Assembly (NCBI GenBank): GCA_963726195.1
Contig: CAVSBO010000005.1
Span: forward strand, 1 to 64,000
Direction of reading: 5' to 3'
Length of the DNA stretch: 64,000 bases
Source of the DNA: Candidatus Thorarchaeota archaeon
Lineage (GTDB): Archaea; Asgardarchaeota; Thorarchaeia; Thorarchaeales; Thorarchaeaceae
The notes below the pieces were generated by a model. That model worked only from the letters and a program-made list of their open reading frames with translations, was not told the DNA's origin and did no database searches. Position 1 is the stretch's first letter; each line of letters opens with the position of its first letter. Of the stretch, positions 11,920-21,030 are shown in pieces. The position numbers and the translations under genes were made by a program.

Positions 11920-11996
11920 GTGACAGGCTGGCTCTTGCGAGAGCTGTCAGACCATGCCAAAGCTTTGAGGCTTAGTCTTCATTCGTCGCCTGTCAC
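11920..11996 (-). promoter_or_regulatory. Eukaryote-like SECIS element at the 3' end of vhuU
   Basis: Minus strand: AUGAA (11982-11978), GACUAAGCC, UC-AAA-GCUUU, GGCAUGGUC, UGAC (11949-11946). This gives a tandem GA core, a 9-bp upper stem and AAA 11 nt above the core. Outer helix GUGACAGGC (11996-11988) pairs with GCCUGUCAC (11928-11920). Confidence 0.8.
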
Positions 11997-12131
11997 GAGT
12001 TCTCTTTCTGCGATTATGTGCCCTTCATCGTCCACTATAGTGAGATGAGCGGCACACGATAGTCAGCAGTCATAGCACCGCACAACCATCTCAAGAAGGT
12101 TGAGCAGTCCTTCGTCGATATCCTCTTTCAT
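11979..12131 (-). CDS. vhuU: Selenocysteine-containing [NiFeSe] hydrogenase small peptide subunit VhuU (50 aa; Sec at codon 23, TGA 12063-12065)
   Basis: GGAGG RBS then ATG. Translation MKEDIDEGLLNLLEMVVRCYDC-U-LSCAAHLTIVDDEGHIIAERELVTGDE*. It supplies the L2 motif (D-x-U-x-x-C-x-x-H) missing from the upstream large subunit. Confidence 0.92.
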
Positions 12132-12142
12132 TCGTATCCTCC

Positions 12143-13456
12143 TTAGCTAATCATTGGTTTTGGAAACTTGAGCTTCTGGTGAACTTTCTGCTCAAACACC
12201 TGTTTCGCCACTTCCATGAGGCTCTTCTCGATGCCACCGATGTTGTTGTTTGTAGCCACAATCATGTTTGCCTTTGTGATGATGCCTCGCTCGTCAGTCC
12301 AATAGTGATGTATCAGGGTGCCTCTTGGCGCTTCCACGCAACCGACACCGTCTCCCTTCTTTGGTTTAACATCTAGAAGCTTGACATCTTTGCTCACAAT
12401 CTGGGGGTCCTTAAGCAAGCCTTCGATCTCTTCAATGGCTTGGACGAGCTCGATTATCCGGGCCCAGTGGTACGCGAATGTGGCATGGACTGGGTGACCG
12501 AGCTTGTCTCTCATCTCCTGCAACGCTTGCTGAGCGAGAGGAGTAGCCATTTTGTCGACTACATTGATTCGGGCTAACGAGCCAGCCCGCCATATGCCCG
12601 CAGGATATCCTGCTGGCTTGTAATAGACATGAGTCGCGTACGAGTGATCTGGTACATACTCTGCGAAGGACTTGCGGTAGTCCTTTGACTTTACATCTTC
12701 AACGACGCCGCCCGTGGGGTCCATAATCCGAATACTACCATCGTAGATCTCGAGAGCGCCCTTGCTGTGTGTCCCGATGTAGTACGTGGGTCCGATGGCA
12801 ATCTTTGTGATGACATCTGTGTAATCATCCATGATTTTCTTTGCTAGAGAAACGGTACTTACTGTCCATTGTTTTACATCGCCAATCCGTTTCAGGAACT
12901 GGTCCCGCTTCTCCTCGGAAAAGGGATTGAGCATTCCTCCGGGCACGGCAGTGACAGGATGGATTGCAGTTCCGCCGATTGCCGCAGCAAGTTCTTGGCC
13001 GAATTGCATCATCTGCAGCGCCATCTTGCTCACGTCAGGTAGTGCCTTGGTTATGGCAACTAAGTTTCTTTTTGCAGGATCTCCAAAGGGTCCGGCCAAG
13101 AAATCAGGAGCGGCCAGAGCGAAGAAGTGAAGCGAATGACTACTGAACTGCTTCGCGTTAATCAGAAGTCTTCTCAGTTTCACAGCTGGCGCTGGAGGAG
13201 TCACATCCCAAGCTGCCTCAACTGCCTTCACTGCGGCTAGATGGTGAGGTTCGGGACAGATACCGCAGATTCTTGATGCGAGCTTCGGGGCCTCCTCAGC
13301 GAATCTTCCTTCAAGGAATTTCTCGAAGAACCGCGTGGAGGTGACATTGAACTGTGCGTCCTTGACCTTCCCATCCTTTCCAATCTTGATTGTTATGTCG
13401 CCATGACCCTCAAGCCTAGTGACAGGCTCAATCTTGACTATCTTCTCCCCCGTCAC
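12143..13456 (-). CDS. vhuA: F420-non-reducing [NiFe(Se)] hydrogenase large subunit (group 3c), split form lacking the C-terminal L2 motif
   Basis: IEPVTRLEGHG, L1 motif RICGICPEPHH, VEAPRGTLIHHY; ends without DPCxxC. Confidence 0.93.
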   Translation of the reverse strand: MTGEKIVKIEPVTRLEGHGDITIKIGKDGKVKDAQFNVTSTRFFEKFLEGRFAEEAPKLASRICGICPEPHHLAAVKAVEAAWDVTPPAPAVKLRRLLINAKQFSSHSLHFFALAAPDFLAGPFGDPAKRNLVAITKALPDVSKMALQMMQFGQELAAAIGGTAIHPVTAVPGGMLNPFSEEKRDQFLKRIGDVKQWTVSTVSLAKKIMDDYTDVITKIAIGPTYYIGTHSKGALEIYDGSIRIMDPTGGVVEDVKSKDYRKSFAEYVPDHSYATHVYYKPAGYPAGIWRAGSLARINVVDKMATPLAQQALQEMRDKLGHPVHATFAYHWARIIELVQAIEEIEGLLKDPQIVSKDVKLLDVKPKKGDGVGCVEAPRGTLIHHYWTDERGIITKANMIVATNNNIGGIEKSLMEVAKQVFEQKVHQKLKFPKPMIS

Positions 13457-14364
13457 TTCTTCTTGCTCCTTGCCTTGTCACGCATCCTAGAGAGATAGGA
13501 CGCCGCGTAGTCTGTGAAGTAGAATGAGCCGATAGGATCCGGGAAGGATTCCGTAAGCTGCTCTGGTTCCATTTCGGCTATTGCACCTAGGGCTGATATG
13601 ATCTTAGCACCATGGTCCTTGACCCTAGTGACCGGGCCAAAGCATCCCTTGCACGGCGAATTCACGGTCGGACAGATGGCTCCACAGAATCCAATGGTTG
13701 CGAATCCAAGACAAAGGTATCCTTGGTCCAACAGGCACTTGCTCGGATCGATTTTGCCTTCGTAGCTCCTGTGGAACTTCGAAACATGCTTGTCTTGCTT
13801 CACTTTTGGGCACTGGTCGCATACGCTCTTTTCAGGAAGGTCGAAGGGCTTCCCGGAAAGGATTGCAGACAGTGCCTCGACGATATTCTTGCTTGTCGGC
13901 GGGCAACCTGGCAGCATAATGTTGAACTGAACCACATCGACGTTCGGCCGCACATGCGACACAAAAGCGGGCACGTTTTCTGAAGGCACCCGGGGGTCGG
14001 TCACTGTATCTGCTTTCATGAATTTCCTGTCAACCAACTCGTCAAGCTCCCATTGGTTGGCAAGACCATGTATGCCACCGTAGCAGGAACAGACTCCCCA
14101 CGCAACCAAGATTTTACTCTTGGCTCTCATAATGTTGAGCAAGCGCACGTCATCTTCTGTCCTGCAGCTTCCTTCGACAAGACCGATGTGTATTGACTCG
14201 TCAGGCATTGATTCGAGGTCCTTAATCTTGAAGTCGACGACCGCAGGCCAAAACACTATCTCTAGTTCGGGCAGCAGCTCGAGAAGGCCCAGATGCAAAT
14301 CCAAGAGAGACTGATCGCATCCCCAACAGGAGGTCAGCTGGGCCATGGCAATGCGCTTGGTCAT
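13453..14364 (-). CDS. vhuG: F420-non-reducing hydrogenase small (Fe-S) subunit
   Basis: SCWGCD, VEGSC, GVCSCYGGI, PGCPP, CDQC, CLLDQGYLCLG, PCKGCFGP. Confidence 0.93.
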   Translation of the reverse strand: MTKRIAMAQLTSCWGCDQSLLDLHLGLLELLPELEIVFWPAVVDFKIKDLESMPDESIHIGLVEGSCRTEDDVRLLNIMRAKSKILVAWGVCSCYGGIHGLANQWELDELVDRKFMKADTVTDPRVPSENVPAFVSHVRPNVDVVQFNIMLPGCPPTSKNIVEALSAILSGKPFDLPEKSVCDQCPKVKQDKHVSKFHRSYEGKIDPSKCLLDQGYLCLGFATIGFCGAICPTVNSPCKGCFGPVTRVKDHGAKIISALGAIAEMEPEQLTESFPDPIGSFYFTDYAASYLSRMRDKARSKKK

Positions 14365-14370
14365 GTTCTG

Positions 14371-14847
14371 TTAGTCCTTCCTTGCGGGGTTTGGTCCCAG
14401 TTCCTTGATGCGCTCGACCATCGACGTGACGCCCTCAGTGAAGACATCGCCTTCCGCGGCACTCGCCCACTGCAGATGAATCCTGTCCGGTTCGACGCCT
14501 GCTTCTTCTAGCGTCTTCTGAAGAAGGGCGAAGCGCGACTTCATCTTCAGATTGCCGCTCGTGTAGTGACAATCGCCGGGGTGACAGCCAGAAATCAACA
14601 CTCCATCCGCGCCTTGGCTAAGAGCGTCTAAGATGAACCCGGGATCCACGCGGCCTGTGCAATTGACTCGGATGATGCGCACGTTCGGAGGCATTTGCCT
14701 TCTGCTGGTGCCTGCGAGGTCTGCACCTGCGTATGAGCACCAGTTGCAGCAGAAAGCCAGGATCCGTGGTTCGAAGTCACTCTCTCCTCGAGATTTCTGC
14801 CTCTGACTGCTGGTCGCCTTGTGACCGGCTGCCGTCAATCTGTTCAT
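14371..14847 (-). CDS. mvhD: Hydrogenase iron-sulfur subunit MvhD/VhuD (Cys form); start uncertain
   Basis: FEPRILAFCCNWCSYAGAD, RVNCTGRVD, GADGVLISGCHPGDCHY. The homologous part begins near 14783. Confidence 0.92.
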   Translation of the reverse strand: MNRLTAAGHKATSSQRQKSRGESDFEPRILAFCCNWCSYAGADLAGTSRRQMPPNVRIIRVNCTGRVDPGFILDALSQGADGVLISGCHPGDCHYTSGNLKMKSRFALLQKTLEEAGVEPDRIHLQWASAAEGDVFTEGVTSMVERIKELGPNPARKD

Positions 14848-15034
14848 GACCCCCGTGGGCAACGAAGCCCGGAGTCTCTGTAATCTAATTAAGATTCCTG
14901 ATTTCAGAAGCGCTCCTGTGCACCGAGTGTCGTTCTCCACTCGTGTGCCATCCCGGCCGGAGGCTTCAAGACAGCTGCTTTTATTATCGGAATTGCTCTC
15001 GTCTTTCTTGGCTCTGTGAGACTCTGGGTGTGTG

Positions 15035-15277
15035 ATGGCAGTGGTGCTTGCGTTCATCATGGCGAAAGTCGAGTCTTCTAAATCACGTGAGGTTCTGAAT
15101 CGTGTGAAGAAGCTAGAAGGGGTTCAGGAAGCCTACATCATCTATGGAGCTTACAACCTACTCCTGAAAGCATTATTCAAGACACCTGAGGCTCTGAGTT
15201 CTTTTGTTGTGGACACCCTGAGAAAGATTGACGGAATTCGCGATACTGTTACGAATGTCTGTGCTACTTGCGACTAG
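15035..15277 (+). CDS. Lrp/AsnC ligand-binding (RAM) domain protein
   Basis: ~80 aa, GVQEAYIIYGAYNLLLK...LRKIDGIRDTVT pattern. Confidence 0.85.
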   Translation: MAVVLAFIMAKVESSKSREVLNRVKKLEGVQEAYIIYGAYNLLLKALFKTPEALSSFVVDTLRKIDGIRDTVTNVCATCD

Positions 15278-15310
15278 GAAGAACAACATAGGGCATGTTT
15301 ACGGCTTTTC

Positions 15311-17198
15311 TCACCGCCGTGCCAGAACACTGCCTTCTCGTTCAAGGGCGAGTCTCTTCAAGGTGCCTTTTGTTGGCAGTCCGCTCTTCAAATCCCATCC
15401 CCTGTGAGAATAGTACTCATTCAACATCAAGTCCAACTCGACAACCTGACCCTTCGAAGGACCTGTCGGGGCCTCTTCCTTTACCAACCTGTCAGGAAGA
15501 ACATCGTCATCCCGCGTGATTCCAAATCTGGCATTGAACAGACGATTCAGGTTGACAATTCGTTCTCCGATTGTCTTGAGTTCCTTTACCGTGAAGTTCA
15601 GTCCATTGTGAATCCTCAAGGCTAGGGCCACATCATCATAGTAGAACTCCGGGGGAATCTGTGTACCATATTTGCATAGGCCGACACTCTCCACGACGAC
15701 CATGTAATCCTCGCACTCTTTGACCATTATGCCCTTGTAAGTTGGATTCAGTCTGTCTGCCATCTGAGGTAGGTATTTGTCACCAAAGCGTTTTCTTATC
15801 TCGTCATCGAAGCCGACCTCATCAAGAACTGGAAATGAATAGAGATGGTCAGCCCCTCTTGCCGCCGTGACAGCGGCGAGCCCCATTGATTTCTGGGCTC
15901 GCGGTTCCTGTCCTGCGATTTCCTGTTTCTTCACAGCCATGACGAACTTTTCACTCCCACGCCCTGTTTTCTGAGCGGCCCCAAAGCTTCCTTCAGCGAG
16001 CCTGTCTCCGAATCCCTTCCTGAAAGCAATCATCTCAGTAAGCTTCACTATTGACTCATGATTACCCCAGCTGAGGTCTATCCCTCCAGTGTCCTTGGCC
16101 GTGAGGATTCCCTTCTCCCAAGCCTCCATGGCCCAAGCGATGGTGCCCCCGAGCGATATTGTATCAATTCCATACTTGTTTGCGAGATGATGGCTGTAGA
16201 GAATTGATTCTATGTTATCATTGCCGCAGCGTGACCCTAATGCCGCCAGACTCTCAAACTCTGGGGATCCACCTGTGTATGCATACGGGCCATCCGATAC
16301 CGACGTGAAGCGACCGCATCTTTGAAGGCAACTCCAATCTGCCCTGGGCTTGATGAGGTATCCTCGGTTGATGGCATGACCGCCTATCTTCTCGTAGCCA
16401 TCGAACACGCCTTGCTGCATGTTGTAGGTGGGCAGACGTCCGATATGCTGCATCAATTCGATCAGACTTGTCGTACCAAACTCGGCGCGGCCGCTCGTGA
16501 AGGGATTAGCAAGCATTCTCTTGTACAACTCGTCCATGTGTTTGAGGTAGTTTACAGGATCAGCAACATCGAGCTTTCCGGTGCCCCGTACACAAATGGC
16601 CTTGAGTTTCTTGAAACCCATCACTGCACCGAGACCTGAACGAGCAGAGGCCCGGTCTCTGTCGTTCATTATAGCGGCAAAGCGAACAAGATTCTCGCCT
16701 GCTTGACCGATGGAAAGGACCCTTGATCTGCCTGCCGTGTTTGGTTCTCAGAATCCCATCGGTCTCAAAGACGTCCTTGTCCCAAATCCCAGTAGCATCT
16801 AGTAGCTCTACCTTTGAGTCCTCAATGTGAAGATATACGGGTCTGTCCGAAGCCCCTGTGAAGATCATTGCATCGTAACCTGCGAATTTGAGCTCAGGAC
16901 CCCAGAAACCGGCAGCATGGCTTTCGCCCCATATCCCCGTAAGTGGAGATAGAGCGGCTATCACATGCCTCGAAGATTGAGGGAACATCGAGCCCGTGAG
17001 CAATCCAGTTGCAAAGCCCAAGACATTCTCGGCGGACAGTGGTTCAGTGCCTTCCGGAATCCCATCGAAGAGCATCTTTGATAGGAATCCGGCCCCTAGC
17101 AGGTACTTGCGAATCATATTCTCGTCTAGTGGTTTCTTTTCGATTGCCCCACTTGTCAGGTCGATGTGAAGCGTCTGGCCGCCTACGCCCTTTATCAC
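15311..17198 (-). CDS. Aldehyde:ferredoxin oxidoreductase (tungsten AOR) family protein 1 (frameshift at 16720-16722)
   Basis: SPLTGIWGESHAAG, GQAGENLVRFA, ARSGLGAVMG.KKLKAI, GSPEFES, DTISLG, RGADH, LNEYYSHRGWD. Removing one G joins the two ORFs. Confidence 0.92.
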
Positions 17199-17686
17199 AG
17201 GAACTCCCCCTTAGAATACAACTCTTTCTTATGCTTATCATAGAGCAAAGCAATTCTGTTGTCTCTATCCCTCTCCTTGAGATCTTTGTCGGTGGTAATC
17301 CATATTGCATTGACAGGACATCGCTTCACACACTCGCCACATGCTATGCACTTGATGGCTTTGTTAGAATCCGGATTGATGGAGATGGCATCGTATGGAC
17401 AAACCTTGACGCATGCGCCACAGCCGGTGCATTTTGCATTGTTTACGGTCACGATTCCCTTCGACGTGCGCGCTATCGCATCCTCTGGGCACGCATCCTT
17501 GCATGGAGCATCCTCACAGTTACGACAGAATAATGGGAAGTCCAACCCGTCTTCGAAGCGCATAACTCTGACTCTGGACCGGGTCGGACCCAGTACCTTG
17601 AAGTAGAACATGCTGCAGACGTTGGCACAGATCATGCAGCCGGTGCATGCCATTGGGTCACCGAAGACGAACTTGAGGTCGGGCAT
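17195..17686 (-). CDS. 4Fe-4S dicluster (DmsB/HycB-like) electron-transfer subunit of AOR
   Basis: Four CxxCxxC...CP-type cluster motifs. Confidence 0.9.
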   Translation of the reverse strand: MPDLKFVFGDPMACTGCMICANVCSMFYFKVLGPTRSRVRVMRFEDGLDFPLFCRNCEDAPCKDACPEDAIARTSKGIVTVNNAKCTGCGACVKVCPYDAISINPDSNKAIKCIACGECVKRCPVNAIWITTDKDLKERDRDNRIALLYDKHKKELYSKGEFL

Positions 17687-17689
17687 ACC

Positions 17690-19099
17690 TTACTCCTCGA
17701 AGGGTGCGCCACCTTCGCCCATCCTCAGGAATGTTCCGTGACCGGGTTTCACTGTGGTCCTGTCCTCATTGAAGACCTGTGTTCCCCGGACGAATGTCAT
17801 CACGGGAGCTCCTTTCATCTTCATTCCTTCGTAAAGACTCCAGCCGCACTTTGAAAACATCATGTCAGCGTTGATGGTCACTTCGCGCGTAGGGTCCACT
17901 ATGACCATGTCGGCGTCCGAGCCCACCTGCAAGACACCTTTCTTCGGATAGACTCCGAAGATTCTAGCCGGGTTTCGCGCCGTCACTTCAACCAGCCGTG
18001 TGAAAGATAGTCTGCCCCTGTTGATTCCTTCTGAGAGCAGGACCCTGAGTATCATCTGAATACCATCCACACCAGCCCATGCATCTCTAATGTCGTTCGC
18101 TCCCTTGCTCTTGTCCTCGATTGGGCAGGGTGCATGATCACTCACAACCATGTCAATTGATCCCATCAGGAGACCTGACCAGAGAGCAGCCCTATCTTCC
18201 TTGGATCTCAATGGCGGGTTCATTTTGCTCTTAGGTCCAAGCCTATTCATATCATCCCTATTGAAGACGAGATGATGCGGGCACACTTCTGCTGTGACTG
18301 ATATCCCGGCATGTTTTCCGCGTTCAATCTCGTGAATTGCCTCCCGTGTCGAGACATGAGCGATGTGAAGATGCCCGCCTGTCTGTTCAGCGATGCCAAT
18401 GGTCTGGCGCACAGCCAATTGCTCTGCCAAGTTCGGTCGGGCCAGCGAGTGGCTGATGGGAGCGTCCCACTCTCCTTCCATATCGTTCTTGAATTCATCG
18501 AGCACACCCTGATTCTCGCAATGGACAGTAAGATGACCACCATGTTCCGAGACTTCACTTAGCAGCCTTGCTAAGACTCCATCGTTCGCATAATACGGCT
18601 CGCAGGTGAAGGCCTTGAAAGCAGCGACTCCGCTCTCGATTAGGAGCGGTATTGTCGCAACACTCTCCGAGTTCATCATGCCCGCATACATGGAGAAGTC
18701 AACGATTGACATGGCCGCTCCCTGCTTGGCCTTGTCCTCCACCTGTTTCTGCGTCAATACTGGGCTCGTCAAAGGCATGTCAATGACCGTGGTCACTCCC
18801 CCGGCGGCAGCAGCACGAGTCCCCGTCGTGAAATCCTCATGGTCTGCCTTTGCGGGGTCATGAATGTGGGCGTGACCATCAATGAGTCCAGGCATGAGGA
18901 TTCTATTATGGGCATCAATCACAGTCTCTGCGGGTGGCAGGTGCTCATCGGTGGCTACACAGCAGATGCGTCCGTCGGACACAGCAACTCCTCCTCTGAG
19001 CATGCCAGACTCCATCAGCAACTTGGCGTTCTTTATGACGAGCTGAACTGACCCTGTTTTCACTGATGGTGCACTCGCTATGGGTTCGGGGCGCTTCAA
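17690..19099 (-). CDS. Cyclic amidohydrolase (allantoinase/dihydropyrimidinase-like)
   Basis: DGHAH, GTRAAAAGGVTTVIDMP, FKAF carbamylated-Lys site, HCEN, HIAHVS, KMNPPLR, SDHAP, AWAG. Lacks the HxR of dihydroorotases. Confidence 0.88.
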   Translation of the reverse strand: MKRPEPIASAPSVKTGSVQLVIKNAKLLMESGMLRGGVAVSDGRICCVATDEHLPPAETVIDAHNRILMPGLIDGHAHIHDPAKADHEDFTTGTRAAAAGGVTTVIDMPLTSPVLTQKQVEDKAKQGAAMSIVDFSMYAGMMNSESVATIPLLIESGVAAFKAFTCEPYYANDGVLARLLSEVSEHGGHLTVHCENQGVLDEFKNDMEGEWDAPISHSLARPNLAEQLAVRQTIGIAEQTGGHLHIAHVSTREAIHEIERGKHAGISVTAEVCPHHLVFNRDDMNRLGPKSKMNPPLRSKEDRAALWSGLLMGSIDMVVSDHAPCPIEDKSKGANDIRDAWAGVDGIQMILRVLLSEGINRGRLSFTRLVEVTARNPARIFGVYPKKGVLQVGSDADMVIVDPTREVTINADMMFSKCGWSLYEGMKMKGAPVMTFVRGTQVFNEDRTTVKPGHGTFLRMGEGGAPFEE

Positions 19100-19101
19100 G
19101 T

Positions 19102-19389
19102 CTATCCTCCTCCAACGGGGGGAAACAGGGCCACAGCGTCGCCATCATTGAGCTTTGTCTGATAACCGTTGAGGAGCTCAATTCGCTTCCCATTCACCAT
19201 GCACGAATAGAATCGTTTGAGCCCCCCGGACTGAGGCTCTATGACGGCATCGGAAAACCGCTTTCCAAACATTCGAGTCAGTTCTTCCAGTAGCTGTTTG
19301 ATGTCGGCTGCGTCAATCTCCACGCTCTTCGTGCCGGTGATTTCGCGCACAGTTGCAAAGAACTTCACAGTCACTGTTCCCAACGGCAT
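19102..19389 (-). CDS. MoaD/ThiS/SAMP ubiquitin-like sulfur carrier
   Basis: VKFFATVRE..., VNG, DGDAVALFPPVGGG C-terminal diglycine. Confidence 0.92.
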   Translation of the reverse strand: MPLGTVTVKFFATVREITGTKSVEIDAADIKQLLEELTRMFGKRFSDAVIEPQSGGLKRFYSCMVNGKRIELLNGYQTKLNDGDAVALFPPVGGG

Positions 19390-19574
19390 TGACCCAGTTC
19401 CACAATTAGACCAAGCTATTTTAATGGTTGTTGACTGGCCAAGTTAGAGAGACGATTTTGGTTTTCAAGAGACTCTAGAGGATCATTCGTTGGTATGTCT
19501 CGGACGCGTTTGGCAGCGCTCACCAATAACAGTGGAGTTATAGGCGACAGGAAATCCCTGCCTGCTGGAACCTC

Positions 19575-20489
19575 ATGTCGCCGACGCGGCCCAGTCCAGA
19601 GATAGTCGTCGTAGGTCACCTCAGCAGGGACCTGTTGATTTCTCCAGAGATTACCCGCGAGACTCTTGGAGGCGGGACGGCCTACGCTATGTTGGCTCCT
19701 GCGGTCGGTGCTAAGGGCGCAGGCATTGTCACATGCGTCGGTGACGATTTTGAGCAGGAGTATCTCGGCATTCTCAAGAGATCTGGCCTAGACCTGACGG
19801 GTCTGAAATCTAGAGGTCCGCATACAACGCGGTTCGTGAATATTTACGACCCGGCGGGCAAACGGACACAGCGCGTGGAGGCCGTTGCACCTCGCTTGAC
19901 GGCGAAGGATTACTCGAAACAACACCTTCGTTCCAAGGCAATACACTTCTGTCCCCTCACGGCCAGCGAGCTGGACTTCTCCTGTCTTGAGCAGGCTCGC
20001 GCGAGTGGTGCTCTGGTCTCGCTTGATGTTCAGGGCTTCCTAAGGGCAATAGAGGGTGACCAGGTGGTCCCCCGAGAATGGGACGAGAGAGATGAGGTTC
20101 TAGGATATGTTGACCTATTGAAGTTTGACAGCCAGGAACTAAAGACTGCATATGGCGACATACCAAAAGCGTCTGCCATCGAACAGATTACGAAGTTAGG
20201 GCCACGTATAGTGATAGTCACTCGTGATCGAAGAGGGTCAATCGTGTTTACTCGCGACTCGCGCGTCGATATTCCTCTCGTCTTGGCTCACAAGTTCGTA
20301 GACGCCACTGGATGTGGAGACACTTACGTCATCGGGTTTCTTCTCGAGTACATGCGAACTGGAGAGGTCTGGCAATCTGGATTGTTCGGGGCCAGTTGTG
20401 CTTCATATAACCTTGAAAGCGTGGGACCCTACAACATGCCGACGAGAGAGCAGGTCGAACAAAGGATGAAGCCGTACTTGTGTTCATGA
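19575..20489 (+). CDS. PfkB/ribokinase family carbohydrate or nucleoside kinase
   Basis: GGGTAY, VGDD, DATGCGDTY signature. Confidence 0.92.
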   Translation: MSPTRPSPEIVVVGHLSRDLLISPEITRETLGGGTAYAMLAPAVGAKGAGIVTCVGDDFEQEYLGILKRSGLDLTGLKSRGPHTTRFVNIYDPAGKRTQRVEAVAPRLTAKDYSKQHLRSKAIHFCPLTASELDFSCLEQARASGALVSLDVQGFLRAIEGDQVVPREWDERDEVLGYVDLLKFDSQELKTAYGDIPKASAIEQITKLGPRIVIVTRDRRGSIVFTRDSRVDIPLVLAHKFVDATGCGDTYVIGFLLEYMRTGEVWQSGLFGASCASYNLESVGPYNMPTREQVEQRMKPYLCS

Positions 20490-20517
20490 ACCGACGAGTC
20501 CCTTTTTGGCATCACGC

Positions 20518-20526
20518 TTTAATATA
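20518..20526 (+). promoter_or_regulatory. Candidate TATA box (leaderless-type spacing)
   Basis: TTTAATATA ending ~33 nt before the ATG at 20559. Confidence 0.45.
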
Positions 20527-20558
20527 GGCTGGTTCTTGACTGCAAACGGTCTTCAACC

Positions 20559-21005
20559 ATGGTATATTGTCATAGCTGCGGGACGCAGAATCCGGACAAC
20601 GCTGAGACTTGCGTGAAATGCGGGGCTCAGTTGTACCCTCAGAGGATGAGAGGCGGCTCGAGGAGAGGCGACAGAGATCGAGATGAATGCTTCGGCCTTC
20701 CAAATGGTGGCGCCGTATTTGGCCTTGTTTTCGGGGCGATTGTTATCATCGCTGGGCTTGCGTGGTATTTGCACTATGATTGGAATCAGTTATGGAACAC
20801 AGCGCTGGGCCCATTCTTCGTGATCGTCATAGGCCTCCTGATTGTCGCAGGCGCTATCTACGGCATGAGTCATAGAAGAAGCTTAGCGAAAGCCGCTGAA
20901 CAACAAACAAGGGGACGATTTGAGGAAACGCAGCCATCTGTCTTGAGATGCCCGAATCGCCTGGACCAGCTATCCGGCTTGATTCACGAGGAACGGGCGG
21001 CTTGA
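20559..21005 (+). CDS. Zinc-ribbon domain membrane protein
   Basis: YCHSCG..N...A..CVKCG plus two TM helices. The true stop may be TAG at 20884-20886 if one T is spurious. Confidence 0.8.
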   Translation: MVYCHSCGTQNPDNAETCVKCGAQLYPQRMRGGSRRGDRDRDECFGLPNGGAVFGLVFGAIVIIAGLAWYLHYDWNQLWNTALGPFFVIVIGLLIVAGAIYGMSHRRSLAKAAEQQTRGRFEETQPSVLRCPNRLDQLSGLIHEERAA

Positions 21006-21030
21006 AGCAGATGGCCTTCTTTTCATAGAA

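Noticed and set aside
11880-11981. Readthrough of the vhuU terminal UGA as a second Sec
   Set aside because: The extension would run through the SECIS into antisense leuS with no recognisable motif, and 50 aa fits VhuU size.
14848-15060. Long N-terminal extension of MvhD in the ORF track
   Set aside because: It overlaps the divergent Lrp gene and intergenic region; homology starts only at (S)DFEPRI.
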